Part shown: piece after piece, positions 28,948 to 28,990 of the stretch
Layout of the letters: each line of letters begins with the position of its first letter
Position numbering within the stretch: the first letter of the stretch is position 1
Assembly: GCA_016932375.1 (NCBI GenBank)
Contig: JAFGDA010000114.1
Coordinates: 1 to 28,990, forward strand
From: Actinomycetota bacterium
GTDB taxonomy: Bacteria; Actinomycetota; Humimicrobiia; Humimicrobiales; Humimicrobiaceae
Direction: 5' to 3'
DNA length: 28,990 nt
Program-made: the position numbers and the translations under genes
The notes under the pieces: model-generated
What the model was told of the DNA's origin: nothing
The model's database searches: none
Seen by the model: the letters and a program-made list of their open reading frames with translations, nothing else

Positions 28948-28990
28948 CTCCCCTATCCTGTCCTTACTTTGTTTTTAGTTGGTTATATTA

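Overview
This is a core housekeeping super-operon with about 30 genes, all on the minus strand. In transcription order: acpP-rnc-smc-ftsY-ffh-rpsP-khpA-rimM-trmD-rplS-lepB-rnhB-yraN-comM(yifB)-dprA-[139-aa orphan]-xerC-rpsB-tsf-pyrH-frr-uppS-rseP-ispG-proS-recD2-nusA-infB-rbfA-nrnA (nrnA is cut by the window edge and is missing from the ORF track). GC is roughly 40% from spot counts of a few lines, yet the gene order looks Actinomycetota-like, which suggests a deep-branching low-GC lineage (inference). I saw no rRNA, tRNA, CRISPR array or transposon. The strongest oddity is an intact 795-aa SMC in the canonical rnc-smc-ftsY slot that has every ATPase motif but no recognisable hinge domain or zinc hook. 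Other points of interest: an orphan gene coupled to xerC, followed by a dif-like 28-mer lying exactly over the rpsB promoter; rimP absent, with recD2 in its slot and a leader hairpin directly upstream of nusA; cdsA and dxr cleanly absent between uppS and rseP; a probably leaderless comM-dprA transcript; and a YraN with a ~40-aa insertion. All calls come from motif recognition by eye. No database searches were run.
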